The position numbers and the translations under genes are program-made. 55,514 bases of DNA. Source: an uncultured Nitrospiraceae bacterium (lineage in GTDB: Bacteria; Nitrospirota; Thermodesulfovibrionia; UBA6902). Positions 18,609-28,494 of this stretch are shown piece after piece; the stretch's first letter is position 1, and each line of letters starts with the position of its first letter. Under the pieces are notes generated by a model that saw nothing but the letters and a program-made list of their open reading frames with translations, ran no database searches and was not told the origin of the DNA. The stretch is from positions 1 through 55,514 of the forward strand of contig CAYFXR010000182.1 in assembly GCA_964347155.1 (NCBI GenBank). Reading direction: 5' to 3'.

Positions 18609-18944
18609 ATGCCGACCTTAGATTTCGAAGGAAAATCATATGAAGTTGATGAAGAAGGTTATCTGCAGGATTGGTCAGAGTGGAACGAAGGTTTAGCAGG
18701 TAAAATGGCAACGGACGACGGGATCGATCTTTCAGAAGAACACTGGGAAATTATTAGATTTCTCAGAGAATATTTCGAAAAGTATCAAATTGCCCCGATG
18801 ATTAAGATACTTGTCAAGGAGATTGGTAAGACCATGGGAAAAGAAAAGGGTAATACTAAATACCTGTATGAACTTTATCCTGCTGGTCCTGCAAAGCAAG
18901 CCTGTAGATACGCCGGTCTTCCAAAGCCGACTGGTTGTGTATAA
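18609..18944 (+). CDS. dsrC: DsrC sulfur carrier
   Basis: C-terminal GPAKQACRYAGLPKPTGCV with both conserved Cys. Confidence 0.97.
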   Translation: MPTLDFEGKSYEVDEEGYLQDWSEWNEGLAGKMATDDGIDLSEEHWEIIRFLREYFEKYQIAPMIKILVKEIGKTMGKEKGNTKYLYELYPAGPAKQACRYAGLPKPTGCV

Positions 18945-18965
18945 AAGACAGGTTTGGAAATAAAT

Positions 18966-19010
18966 AAAGGGTTGTTACATCCTGTCAAGAAAGGGGCGTA
19001 TCAACCCTTT
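18966..19010 (+). terminator. Hairpin after dsrC
   Basis: AAAGGGTTG...CAACCCTTT stem. Confidence 0.5.
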
Positions 19011-19050
19011 ACATTAAAACATACAAGTCTCTCTTTTATTTAAAAAATCA

Positions 19051-19587
19051 ATGAAAATCAATCTTCTTTTATTGGGGAAAAAGCCGAAAATAGTAAAGAA
19101 ATGGTTTGATTTAATAGTGGAGACTTATCCCCCGGACACTTCAAATTTTTTAAAAAGGCAAAAGAACCGCTTTGATAATCCTGTGGGATACACATTCTCC
19201 GATGGAATAGAGGGTATTTTCGATGAGCTTGTAAGTGGCGGAAATACTGATAAAGTCAATACCTTTCTTGATAACATCATAAGGGTAAGGGCTATACAGG
19301 AATTCACACCATCTCAGGCAATTAATTTTATTTTCCTTTTGAAAAAAGCAATAAGAGAAGAATTAATCGATGAAGTTCGTGAGAATCAGCTTTTTGAAGA
19401 TTTATCTGCGATTGAGTCTAAAATAGACGAATTAAGTATCGCAGCATTTGATATATATATGCAATGTCGTGAGAAGTTTTACGAAATAAGGGTAAATGAA
19501 CTAAGGAACTGGACAAACAGGATCCTGCACAGATCGAACATGCTCAAAGAGACAAGTCCTGAAGAAGAGAGTTCGGCTGGTCTGTAA
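19051..19587 (+). CDS. dsrT: DsrT (RsbRD N-terminal-like)
   Basis: FDNPVG, IIRVRAIQEFTPSQA and AFDIYMQCRE motifs; precedes dsrM. Confidence 0.9.
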   Translation: MKINLLLLGKKPKIVKKWFDLIVETYPPDTSNFLKRQKNRFDNPVGYTFSDGIEGIFDELVSGGNTDKVNTFLDNIIRVRAIQEFTPSQAINFIFLLKKAIREELIDEVRENQLFEDLSAIESKIDELSIAAFDIYMQCREKFYEIRVNELRNWTNRILHRSNMLKETSPEEESSAGL

Positions 19588-19686
19588 AAGAAACATTGTA
19601 AGAGTCTGAGACAAGAAAGAGAGACTCTCATAATTTATAAACAACAAATTCAACTTCGCAGTACAAGTGAAAGGGGGGGTAAATAA

Positions 19687-20673
19687 ATGGGAATGTTCTT
19701 TTCCTTCATCACTGTTCTTCTGCTTGTAATTATTGCCTATATTGGGGTAAAGATTAATTTGCAAATGCTTATCGGCGTTATTGTCCCCTATCTGGCGGTT
19801 TTGGTGTTTATTATTGGCTTTGTCAGAAAAGTAATTATATGGGGAAAATCGCCTGTGCCATTCCGCATTCCTACAACCTGCGGCCAGCAGAAATCTCTGC
19901 CCTGGATTAAACACAGCAAACTCGATAACCCTTCAGGCACATTGGGAGTCATCATAAGAATGGCCCTGGAGATATTACTGTTCCGTTCACTTTTCAGAAA
20001 TCTCAAGACCGAGATGAGAGATGGTACAGTTATCTACGGTTCAAACAAATGGCTATGGCTTGGAGGTCTTGTTTTTCATGTTTCATTCTTTGTTGTCTTG
20101 ATAAGACACCTCAGATTCTTTACAGAACCGGTGCTGTCCTGGGTGAATACGATTGATGCTGTTGATGGTTTTTTGCAAGTCGGTGTTCCACATGTTTTAA
20201 TAACCGGCGTACTGCTTTTAGTCGCTGTAAGCTATCTTTTTCTGAGAAGAGTTTTTAATCCACAAGTACGATATATATCTCTAGCCGCTGACTTTTTTCC
20301 ATTATTTTTGATCATTGGCATAGCCCTCTCGGGGATTATCATGAGGTACTTTGTCAAAGTGGATATTATAAAGGTGAAAGAATTGACAATGGGATTGGCC
20401 AGCTTTCATGCCACTGTTCCGGATGGGATCGGCGTCATCTTCTTCATACATCTTTTCCTCATCAGTGTCCTTTTTGCTTACTTCCCCTTCAGCAAACTTA
20501 TGCATTTGGGAGGCGTCTTTCTCAGCCCAACGAGGAATCTTGCAAACAACAATCGTGCTGTCAGACACGTTAATCCGTGGAACTACGATGTGAAAGTCCA
20601 TACATATGAGGAGTATGAAGAAGAATTTAGAGATAAAATGAAATCAGTAGGAATCCCGGTAGAAAAGGAGTAA
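19687..20673 (+). CDS. dsrM: DsrM membrane b-type cytochrome
   Basis: SPVPFRIPTTCGQQKSL and PFSKLMH motifs; heme-ligating His in TMs. Confidence 0.96.
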   Translation: MGMFFSFITVLLLVIIAYIGVKINLQMLIGVIVPYLAVLVFIIGFVRKVIIWGKSPVPFRIPTTCGQQKSLPWIKHSKLDNPSGTLGVIIRMALEILLFRSLFRNLKTEMRDGTVIYGSNKWLWLGGLVFHVSFFVVLIRHLRFFTEPVLSWVNTIDAVDGFLQVGVPHVLITGVLLLVAVSYLFLRRVFNPQVRYISLAADFFPLFLIIGIALSGIIMRYFVKVDIIKVKELTMGLASFHATVPDGIGVIFFIHLFLISVLFAYFPFSKLMHLGGVFLSPTRNLANNNRAVRHVNPWNYDVKVHTYEEYEEEFRDKMKSVGIPVEKE

Positions 20674-20677
20674 ATAA

Positions 20678-22300
20678 ATGGCAAAACAACCTAAACCAGA
20701 TGAAGTATTGTCAAGTATAGATTATAAACCTCCCCGATCAAAATGGATGGATACCCCGGTTGAGTTTAAAAAGGGCACCTTCTGTTATGCATCAAAGCCA
20801 AAAAACCTTAAATACATTGACTTCCCTAATCCGAGGGCGTGGTCGGTAGCCGATGATGACTGGAAACTGCCTGATAACTGGAAAGACATAGTCTTGGAAG
20901 GGATCGGTGAGCGACTCAAAAAGTTCCGCTCTTTTCGGATTTTTATGGATATCTGTGTAAGATGCGGTGCATGTGCTGATAAGTGTCACTTCTTCATCAG
21001 TACCGGTGACCCGAAAAATATGCCTGTGCTGAGGGCAGAGCTTCTCAGGTCAATTTATAGAAAGTATTTTACCGCAGCTGGAAAGTACCTGGGGAGGCTT
21101 GCAGGAGCAAGAGAGCTTACATATGATGTGTTTAAGGAATTGTGGTATTATTTTTTCCAGTGCACCGAATGTCGTCGCTGCTCAGTCTACTGCCCTTACG
21201 GTATTGATACAGCGGAAATCACGATGATGGGCAGGGAACTCATTAATCTGCTGGGTTGCACCACAGACTGGATTTCCGGGCCTCTGGCTAATTGTTACAG
21301 GACGGGAAATCACCTCGGTCTTCAACCGCATACCATTAAAAGTAATTTTGATTTTCTGTTAGATGATATAGAGGAGAATACAGGCATCAGGGTGGAGCCA
21401 ACTTTCAACAGAAAGGGTGCTGAGATACTTTTTGTTACACCTTCTGCTGATTTTTTTGCTGACCCCGGGAGTTTTACCTGCATGGGCTATCTCTTACTCT
21501 TTCACTATCTCGGTCTTGACTATACCTGGAGCACCTATGCCTCTGAGGGTGGAAACTTCGGTCTTTTTACCTCGGCTGAAATGATGAAAAGGCTTAATTC
21601 CAAGATATATGCCGAGGCCAAGAGATTAGGGGTGAAATGGATCCTTGGCGGAGAATGCGGACACATGTGGAGGGTCTTGCATCAGTATATGGATACCATG
21701 AATGGTCCGGCCGATTTCCTTGAGGAACCGGTCTCACCGATAACCGGCACGAAATTTGAAAATGCAAAATCCACAAAGATGGTTCATATCACGGAATTTA
21801 CCGCTGATCTCATCAGAAATGGCAAACTAAAAATGGATCCAAGCAGAAATGACAACCTGAAGATAACATTCCACGACTCCTGTAACACTTCAAGGGGTAT
21901 GGGGATCTTTGAGGAGCCGCGCTATGTCATTAAGAGTGCATGCAACCATTTCTACGAGATGCCGGAAAACACCATCAGGGAGCAGACCTTCTGCTGCGGT
22001 AGCGGATCGGGCTTAAATGCTGGCGAAATTGAGGAATTAAGGATGTTGGGAGGTCTCCCCAGGGCAAATGCCGTGAAGTACGTGAAAGAGAGAGACGGAG
22101 TGAATATGCTCGCCTGTATCTGCGCGATTGATAGGGCAGTGCTTCCACCCCTTATGGACTACTGGGTTTCAGATGTGGATGTATGTGGTGTTCATGAGCT
22201 CGTGGGTAACGCTCTAATTATGGAGGGAGAAAAGAAGAGAGAAACCGACTTGCGCGGCGAACCACTTCCAGGCATGGAGGACAGGAAGGAGGGAGAGTAA
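20678..22300 (+). CDS. dsrK: DsrK Fe-S protein
   Basis: CVRCGACADKC, CTECRRCSVYC, GECGH and CCG domain. Confidence 0.97.
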   Translation: MAKQPKPDEVLSSIDYKPPRSKWMDTPVEFKKGTFCYASKPKNLKYIDFPNPRAWSVADDDWKLPDNWKDIVLEGIGERLKKFRSFRIFMDICVRCGACADKCHFFISTGDPKNMPVLRAELLRSIYRKYFTAAGKYLGRLAGARELTYDVFKELWYYFFQCTECRRCSVYCPYGIDTAEITMMGRELINLLGCTTDWISGPLANCYRTGNHLGLQPHTIKSNFDFLLDDIEENTGIRVEPTFNRKGAEILFVTPSADFFADPGSFTCMGYLLLFHYLGLDYTWSTYASEGGNFGLFTSAEMMKRLNSKIYAEAKRLGVKWILGGECGHMWRVLHQYMDTMNGPADFLEEPVSPITGTKFENAKSTKMVHITEFTADLIRNGKLKMDPSRNDNLKITFHDSCNTSRGMGIFEEPRYVIKSACNHFYEMPENTIREQTFCCGSGSGLNAGEIEELRMLGGLPRANAVKYVKERDGVNMLACICAIDRAVLPPLMDYWVSDVDVCGVHELVGNALIMEGEKKRETDLRGEPLPGMEDRKEGE

Positions 22301-22683
22301 TGTATGACGGTGGTAAAATAATTGTAGGACTAATAATCTTTATCGCTCTGGCGGCTTTTCCATTCTATACGAACATCGGAAAGACTATTGAATTACCCAG
22401 CGAACTTGTAGCTGAGCCTGATGACATGCATGTAGGGAATATACCAATCGTCAACATGAGGTCGGCACACATGGATTTGCTGGATACATGGAGGGATGAG
22501 GTTGTCCGTGGTGGTGAAAGGTTTACGGTTTTTGATGAGGATGAGTATGAAAAGAGTATCCAGAATGGATGTCTGGGCTGTCATCCAAAACAGGAGTTCT
22601 GCGACAGATGCCATAGTTTTGCGGGTGTCGATCCGTATTGCTGGGATTGCCATTTTCCAGAAGAAGAGGAGGACCTGTTATGA
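22300..22683 (+). CDS. dsrJ: DsrJ triheme cytochrome c
   Basis: MYDGGKII start, MR..HM.LL..WRD motif, three CxxCH. Confidence 0.93.
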   Translation: MYDGGKIIVGLIIFIALAAFPFYTNIGKTIELPSELVAEPDDMHVGNIPIVNMRSAHMDLLDTWRDEVVRGGERFTVFDEDEYEKSIQNGCLGCHPKQEFCDRCHSFAGVDPYCWDCHFPEEEEDLL

Positions 22684-23483
22684 AAATAGATAGAAGGAAA
22701 TTCATGAAAATGGCCGGTCTCACAGGCATAGGGCTGGGTTTGTCCGGCATTGATATATTCTCAAAAGATATTTTAGAAGCGTCGACAGGTCATTCTCGAA
22801 TGTCCACGGCAGAGACACGCCTGGCCATGGTTATCGATGTGAGGAAATTCAAGACTGACGAAGATTACCAAAGGATCATAGATGCATGCCACAGTATCCA
22901 TAATGTGCCGACGCTTATTCCTGAAAAAGGCAATCCCAGGCATGAGGTCAAATGGTTGTGGACTGAAACATACGACCATGCATTCCCGGATCAAAAAAAT
23001 GAGTATCACCCGGCATCGTTGAAACATAAGCTGTTTCCTTTACTCTGTAATCATTGCGATTATCCACCATGTGTAAGGGTATGTCCGACAAAGGCCACTT
23101 TCAAGAGGCCGGACGGCATTATACAGCAGGACATGCACCGATGTGTAGGATGCAGATTCTGCATGGCAGCCTGTCCATACGGATCGAGAAGCTTCAACTG
23201 GGTTGATCCGAGGCCGTATATTGAAGAGCTGGCCCCGGAGTATCCGACAAGAACAAAGGGAGTTGTAGAGAAATGCACATTCTGTAGTGAGAGGCTCGAA
23301 AAGGGTGAAGAACCCGCCTGTGTTGAGAATTCCAACGGTGCTCTGGTATTTGGCAATCTAAACGATCCGGATTCAGAAGTACGAAAAATCCTGAGTACAC
23401 ATTATACTATGAGACGCAAACCTACGCTAGGAACTATGCCCAGCGTGTTTTATGTGATAGGAGGTGAAGAATATGCTGGATAA
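22680..23483 (+). CDS. dsrO: DsrO periplasmic Fe-S protein
   Basis: Tat RR signal; CNHCDYPPCVRVCP, CVGCRFCMAACP and KCTFC motifs. Confidence 0.95.
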   Translation: MKIDRRKFMKMAGLTGIGLGLSGIDIFSKDILEASTGHSRMSTAETRLAMVIDVRKFKTDEDYQRIIDACHSIHNVPTLIPEKGNPRHEVKWLWTETYDHAFPDQKNEYHPASLKHKLFPLLCNHCDYPPCVRVCPTKATFKRPDGIIQQDMHRCVGCRFCMAACPYGSRSFNWVDPRPYIEELAPEYPTRTKGVVEKCTFCSERLEKGEEPACVENSNGALVFGNLNDPDSEVRKILSTHYTMRRKPTLGTMPSVFYVIGGEEYAG

Positions 23484-24645
23484 GGTGCTATACGGAAGCA
23501 AAAGATACTGGACCTTTATTATCATACTGCTTGCCATTATTGGAACAGGTGCGATTGCATATTCCACTCAGCTAAAAACCGGTCTGGGTATTACAGGCAT
23601 GAGCAGGGATGTGTCATGGGGGTTTTATATTGGCCAGTTTACCTTCCTTGTGGGTGTTGCTGCATCTGCGGTGATGCTGGTAATCCCTTATTATCTTCAT
23701 CATTACAAAAAATTCAGCAAGATAGTGATACTGGGTGAATTCCTGGCCATTGCTTCAGTAACGATGTGTATGTTGTTTATCGTTGCTGATATGGGTCAGC
23801 CAATGAGGGTATTAAATATCATCCTTTATCCAACGCCCAATTCCATCCTTTTCTGGGATGCAGTAGTTTTGAATGGTTATCTCTTTCTTAATATCGTAAT
23901 CGGCTGGGCTACCCTACATGCGGAGAAAAAGGGCACGCCTCCTCGATCATGGGTGAAACCTCTTATTTATATTTCAATTCCATGGGCAATCAGTATTCAT
24001 ACGGTAACGGCGTTTCTCTACGCAGGAATTCCAGGCAGGCACTTCTGGCTGACAGCTATTATGGCAGCTCGCTTTCTTGCGTCAGCTTTTTCAGGCGGCC
24101 CGGCACTCCTTATTATTCTGGCGCTTATCGTGAGAAAGTACACTAAATTCGATCCTGGCAGAGAGCCGATTCAGGCTGTCGGCAAAATAGTGACCTACGC
24201 CATGGTAGTTAATGTATTCTTTATCCTCCTTGAGGTTTTTACCGCCTTCTACAGCAATATACCGGGACATATGCACTCGTTCGAATACCTCTTTGCAGGT
24301 ATTGAAGGGCACGACAGGCTTGTCCCGCTGATGTGGACCTCCACCATACTCGCTGTGGTATCTCTTATCCTGCTCATTCCGCCGGGATTCAGGAGAAATG
24401 AGTCAATACTTATTCTTGGATGCATCACAACATTTATTTCGCTGTGGATTGACAAGGGATTTGGTCTGATTATAGGCGGATTCATTCCCAATCCTTTTGA
24501 AAAAGTTACAGAGTACTGGCCCACTCTGCCAGAGACATTAATTACCCTCGCTGTCTGGGCAACAGGATTTCTGGTACTTACTATTCTTTATAAGGTTGCT
24601 ATATCAGTCAGGGAAGAACTGGGAACTGCACAATCAGAGCATTAA
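23473..24645 (+). CDS. dsrP: DsrP NrfD-family membrane protein
   Basis: TGMSRDVSWG and SIPWAISIHTVTAF motifs; ~10 TMs. Confidence 0.95.
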   Translation: MLDKVLYGSKRYWTFIIILLAIIGTGAIAYSTQLKTGLGITGMSRDVSWGFYIGQFTFLVGVAASAVMLVIPYYLHHYKKFSKIVILGEFLAIASVTMCMLFIVADMGQPMRVLNIILYPTPNSILFWDAVVLNGYLFLNIVIGWATLHAEKKGTPPRSWVKPLIYISIPWAISIHTVTAFLYAGIPGRHFWLTAIMAARFLASAFSGGPALLIILALIVRKYTKFDPGREPIQAVGKIVTYAMVVNVFFILLEVFTAFYSNIPGHMHSFEYLFAGIEGHDRLVPLMWTSTILAVVSLILLIPPGFRRNESILILGCITTFISLWIDKGFGLIIGGFIPNPFEKVTEYWPTLPETLITLAVWATGFLVLTILYKVAISVREELGTAQSEH

Positions 24646-24669
24646 GGTTTTTATAGGATAAATAGAATG

Positions 24670-24704
24670 AAAAGGCAGGGAAGCATCTGCTCCCTGCCTT
24701 TTTT
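24670..24704. terminator. Bidirectional intrinsic terminator between dsrP and khpA
   Basis: AAAAGGCAGGGA...TCCCTGCCTTTTTT between convergent genes. Confidence 0.85.
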
Positions 24705-24710
24705 ATCAGC

Positions 24711-24941
24711 CTATTCCAATATTTCAAGAACACAACGCTTGCCGAGTTTATTACCGGCAGCACTGAGTATTGTTCTCATTGCTCGCGCTGTATTTCCCTG
24801 CTTTCCAATAACCTTTCCAATATCACTTTTAGCGACGCGCAATTCAAAAACAGTGGTTCTTTCTCCTCCTACCTCTATAACTGAAACTTCCTCCATTCTA
24901 TCTACCAGAGATTTCGCCATTTGTTCAATGAGTGATTTCAT
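24711..24941 (-). CDS. khpA: KH-domain RNA-binding protein KhpA
   Basis: [17 protein letters not shown] motif; GGAGGTGG SD before ATG 24941. Confidence 0.92.
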   Translation of the reverse strand: MKSLIEQMAKSLVDRMEEVSVIEVGGERTTVFELRVAKSDIGKVIGKQGNTARAMRTILSAAGNKLGKRCVLEILE

Positions 24942-25215
24942 GTCCACCTCCATTTTAATCTGAGTTGTTTCCTACAGAACAGATATGTTCAAACGATCTA
25001 TCACAACAGATTTTAGTCGTGCTCCGAGTCTAAGTTAAAATAGACTTGTTAAACTTCTGCTATTTATAATATTATCACATTTATATATTAAAAATAAGCA
25101 ATATTAACAACTCTCATTTCCTAATTTCCGTTTAAAGGACAGACGACGCTCTTTATTTTTTGATAAAAATGGTATTATATATATCAGCAATTGTTGAATT
25201 CATAAATATAAAATA

Positions 25216-25399
25216 TCACACCTGTCCAATATAGCATTGATCAGCAAGGCAGAACCCCTCAAAAACATAATGGACCCCGTTAATGTGTGAATTTTTTTGT
25301 AGGGTATATGAGTCCCAAACAGGCATATAGCACTGATAGCGATCATGCATTATTAATTTTAATGTACGGGGTGAATCGACGGGTTATTGAAATAACGAA
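25216..25399 (+). repeat. Long inverted repeat, left arm
   Basis: 13 substitutions and 1 indel versus the reverse complement of 26950-27132 (manual alignment). Confidence 0.9.
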
Positions 25400-25562
25400 C
25401 CTGATTTTGCCTTATGAAGACATGAAGTGACTTGAGCAGGATAAATGATAAAGCATAGCAGATATCTCTACTTAAGGTGTCGCAATTCTGTTTTCTCGGC
25501 ATTCAGCCTGCTGTTTGCCATTGTTTTGGACAGCAGTGATAAAATATATAAGGAGATATGAA

Positions 25563-26318
25563 ATGAAAAGGTTTTTGGTATTATTTGTCCTAATGTTAGC
25601 AATACTACTGATAGTTCTCATTAAAGGCACATATGCCGGTTCACAAAGTTCAGCTGAATCACCCAGGAAAGATCTAAATATAAAATCTCAAAGGGATACG
25701 TCTTCTCTTTCAGGAAAGGTTGTGGAAACAATGAATAGTGGCGGTTACACGTATGTCTATATCCAGAAAGACGGTAAAAAAACATGGGTGGCCGTTCCCA
25801 AAATGAAGGTGGCAGTCGGACAGGATATATCGTTCCAGCCCGGAATGGTCATGAACAATTTCACGAGCAAAACGCTTAACCGGACCTTTGAAACTATAGT
25901 CTTTTCAAGTGGGGCTATAGGGCAACACGGGATGAGATCTATTCATAAACCTGCGGGCAACAAGCAGGCAAAAAAAGTTTCCACAAAGATAAATATTAAA
26001 GTAGAAAAAGCCGCCGGACCTGATGCATACACGGTAGCCGAGCTTTATGAGAAAAGTACCGAACTCGACAAGAAAGATGTTATTATCAGAGGCCAGGTTG
26101 TCAAATTTTCAGCTAACATCATGGATAAGAACTGGATTCACATTCAGGACGGAAGCGGAAATCCCTCAAAGGGTACCCATGATATTCTAATAACATCACA
26201 GGATATTCTTTCAGTGGGTGACATAGTAACGGTAAAAGGGACACTATACAAGGATAAGGACTTCGGCAGTGGTTACAAATATGCCGTGATCGTGGAACAG
26301 GCACGTATCAAAAAATAA
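25563..26318 (+). CDS. Exported tandem OB-fold-like protein
   Basis: Signal/anchor; GKVVETMNSGGYTY, NWIHIQDGSG and KDFGSGYKY motifs; AGGAGA SD. Confidence 0.8.
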   Translation: MKRFLVLFVLMLAILLIVLIKGTYAGSQSSAESPRKDLNIKSQRDTSSLSGKVVETMNSGGYTYVYIQKDGKKTWVAVPKMKVAVGQDISFQPGMVMNNFTSKTLNRTFETIVFSSGAIGQHGMRSIHKPAGNKQAKKVSTKINIKVEKAAGPDAYTVAELYEKSTELDKKDVIIRGQVVKFSANIMDKNWIHIQDGSGNPSKGTHDILITSQDILSVGDIVTVKGTLYKDKDFGSGYKYAVIVEQARIKK

Positions 26319-26354
26319 AAAACGCCCAAAAAGGTGGTCAAAAGGGACTTCTTC

Positions 26355-26936
26355 CTAGATATCCTTATCAATTAATTTCTTCAGGACTCCGGGATACATT
26401 TTTCTTTGATCCGGGGGGGTCGGGTTATCGACGGATGGCCATTTATCGAACAGGGGTTCGGAACCCTCCCTGGCAATCAATGATGGTACGGCATCTATTA
26501 TTTTTGGATGTTCAGAAAGATGTACACCCTTCACTCTATAGCAAAATTCAAGCTGTATATTATTGGGATCCGTAGAAAACAGGGAATGAATGAAACCATT
26601 ATCCAGAACTTCAGTTACCCAGACATCCGCGGCTTCCAGCCTGTCTTTAAGTTCCCATAGGTTTTCTTCGCTGGGCAACTCGAAGCATATATGATCAAAA
26701 ACAAAAGGCCCTTTCACAGGACTACCGGCGTCTTTGTCCTGTACCGGTTCAGCTTCGATCCACTCAAAAAAAGATATGAAAATATTTTCTGCCATCTCAA
26801 AGAAATACTGTCTGTTTCCAGGCTTTCCCATGCCTGCAACCAATCTCATGCCAAGAAGGTCTCTCCAGAAGCGAATAGTCTTATCCATATCGTTTGTTAC
26901 CAGAGCTATATGGTTGATTCCGGAATATGTAATCAT
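26355..26936 (-). CDS. VOC / glyoxalase family protein
   Basis: GINHIALVT, FDHICF and DPNNIQLEF metal-ligand motifs; GGAGGA SD before ATG 26936. Confidence 0.88.
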   Translation of the reverse strand: MITYSGINHIALVTNDMDKTIRFWRDLLGMRLVAGMGKPGNRQYFFEMAENIFISFFEWIEAEPVQDKDAGSPVKGPFVFDHICFELPSEENLWELKDRLEAADVWVTEVLDNGFIHSLFSTDPNNIQLEFCYRVKGVHLSEHPKIIDAVPSLIAREGSEPLFDKWPSVDNPTPPDQRKMYPGVLKKLIDKDI

Positions 26937-26949
26937 GGAAATCCTCCTT

Positions 26950-27132
26950 TTCGTTATCTCGATATCCCGTCGATTCACCCCGTACATTAAAATTAATAAT
27001 GCATGATCGCTACCAGGGCTATATGCCTGTTTGGGACTCATATACCCTATAAAACAATTCACACATTAACGGGGTCCATTATGTTTTCGAGGGGTTCAGC
27101 CTGCTGTTCAATTCTATAATGGACAGATGTGA
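26950..27132 (-). repeat. Long inverted repeat, right arm
   Basis: Inverted copy of 25216-25399; ends at the SD of the VOC gene. Confidence 0.9.
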
Positions 27133-27225
27133 AATAATTATAACCTAAATTGAGCGATTCTTATAAGGTTTGATGTATCGTACATCTTGCATCTTGCGTT
27201 TAAAATCCTGTATCCTTTCAATGAT

Positions 27226-28446
27226 ATGCCACCATTAAAACCGGAAGAACAGCTGAAAATAATTAAGAGAGGTACGGTAGAAATATTAATTGAAGATGAA
27301 CTTCTTCGAAAGCTCCAACGATCCTATCAGAAAAAATTTCCTCTTAAGATAAAGGTTGGCTTTGACCCTACAGCACCCGATATTCATCTAGGCCATACTG
27401 TCCTTCTTGAGAAAATGCGGCAATTTCAGGACCTGGGTCATGAGGTTATATTAATCATAGGTGATCTTACAGGCATGATTGGAGATCCTTCGGGGCGATC
27501 CGAGATAAGAAAACCGTTAACAAATGAAGAAGTTTTGAAAAACGCCGAAACATACAAGCAGCAGGTTTTTAAAATACTTGACTCTGAAAAGACAAAAATC
27601 AGGTTCAATAGTGAATGGCTTGGAAAGATGACCGCAATGGAAATTATTAAGCTTCAGGCCAGACAGACTGTTGCAAGGATGCTGGAGCGTGAAGACTTCA
27701 AACAGAGATTTGCAAAACATAATCCAATAGGAATCCACGAATTTATCTATCCATTATTACAGGGTTATGACTCTGTGGTTTTAAAGGCCGATGTTGAGAT
27801 CGGCGGTACAGATCAGAGATTCAATCTCTTAATGGGAAGGGAATTGCAGCATGAATACGGACAGGAACAACAGGCCATCGTAATTCTGCCCCTTCTGGAA
27901 GGTATTGACGGTGTAAAAAAAATGTCAAAAAGCTTTGACAATTACATAGGGATTTCAGAATCGCCGAAAGAGATATACGGCAAGTTAATGTCCCTCAGCG
28001 ACGAACTGATGATTAAATATTACGAATTGTTGAGTCATATCAGCTTGGAAGGGTTCAACAAAATAAAGCAGGGACTGAAATCTGCAGCCTATCATCCCAA
28101 AAAAGTAAAGGAAAGCCTTGCAGCTGAGATTGTTGAAAGATACTGTGGACGTGAAGCCGCTTTAAAAGCAAAAGAAGAATTTGAACATATATTTAAAGAC
28201 AAGGGACTCCCTGATGAAATTCCGTTTTTCAGGCTCGATAAAGAGAATGTGGAAATATGGCTTCCCCACATAATGAAACAAGCAGGTTTGACCAAAAGCA
28301 CTGGAGAGGGAATGCGCCTTATAAAACAAGGTGGTGTCAGTGTTGATGGCGAAAAATGGTTGGACCCGGAAAAAAAACTGCCCGTTGGAGAATACCTTCT
28401 TAAGGTCGGTAAAAGAAGATTTCTGAAAATAGTGCCGAAAGGATAA
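27226..28446 (+). CDS. tyrS: Tyrosine--tRNA ligase
   Basis: [23 protein letters not shown] and C-terminal S4 domain. Confidence 0.97.
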   Translation: MPPLKPEEQLKIIKRGTVEILIEDELLRKLQRSYQKKFPLKIKVGFDPTAPDIHLGHTVLLEKMRQFQDLGHEVILIIGDLTGMIGDPSGRSEIRKPLTNEEVLKNAETYKQQVFKILDSEKTKIRFNSEWLGKMTAMEIIKLQARQTVARMLEREDFKQRFAKHNPIGIHEFIYPLLQGYDSVVLKADVEIGGTDQRFNLLMGRELQHEYGQEQQAIVILPLLEGIDGVKKMSKSFDNYIGISESPKEIYGKLMSLSDELMIKYYELLSHISLEGFNKIKQGLKSAAYHPKKVKESLAAEIVERYCGREAALKAKEEFEHIFKDKGLPDEIPFFRLDKENVEIWLPHIMKQAGLTKSTGEGMRLIKQGGVSVDGEKWLDPEKKLPVGEYLLKVGKRRFLKIVPKG

Positions 28447-28449
28447 TTT

Positions 28450-28492
28450 TTAACCCAAATAATGCAGCGAGCTACCGTGAATTTCGAGTTAA
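28450..28492. repeat. Short derivative of the MITE left end
   Basis: TTAACCCAAATAATGCAG, identical to the start of copy B; closes with GTTAA. Confidence 0.65.
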
Positions 28493-28494
28493 AC

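Noticed and set aside
22680..23483. DsrO missing Cys ligands of the first Fe-S cluster
   Set aside because: Three-cluster DsrO variants are already known in sulfate reducers
26937..27062. N-terminal extension of the VOC ORF
   Set aside because: It is a translation of the repeat arm; a strong SD supports ATG 26936
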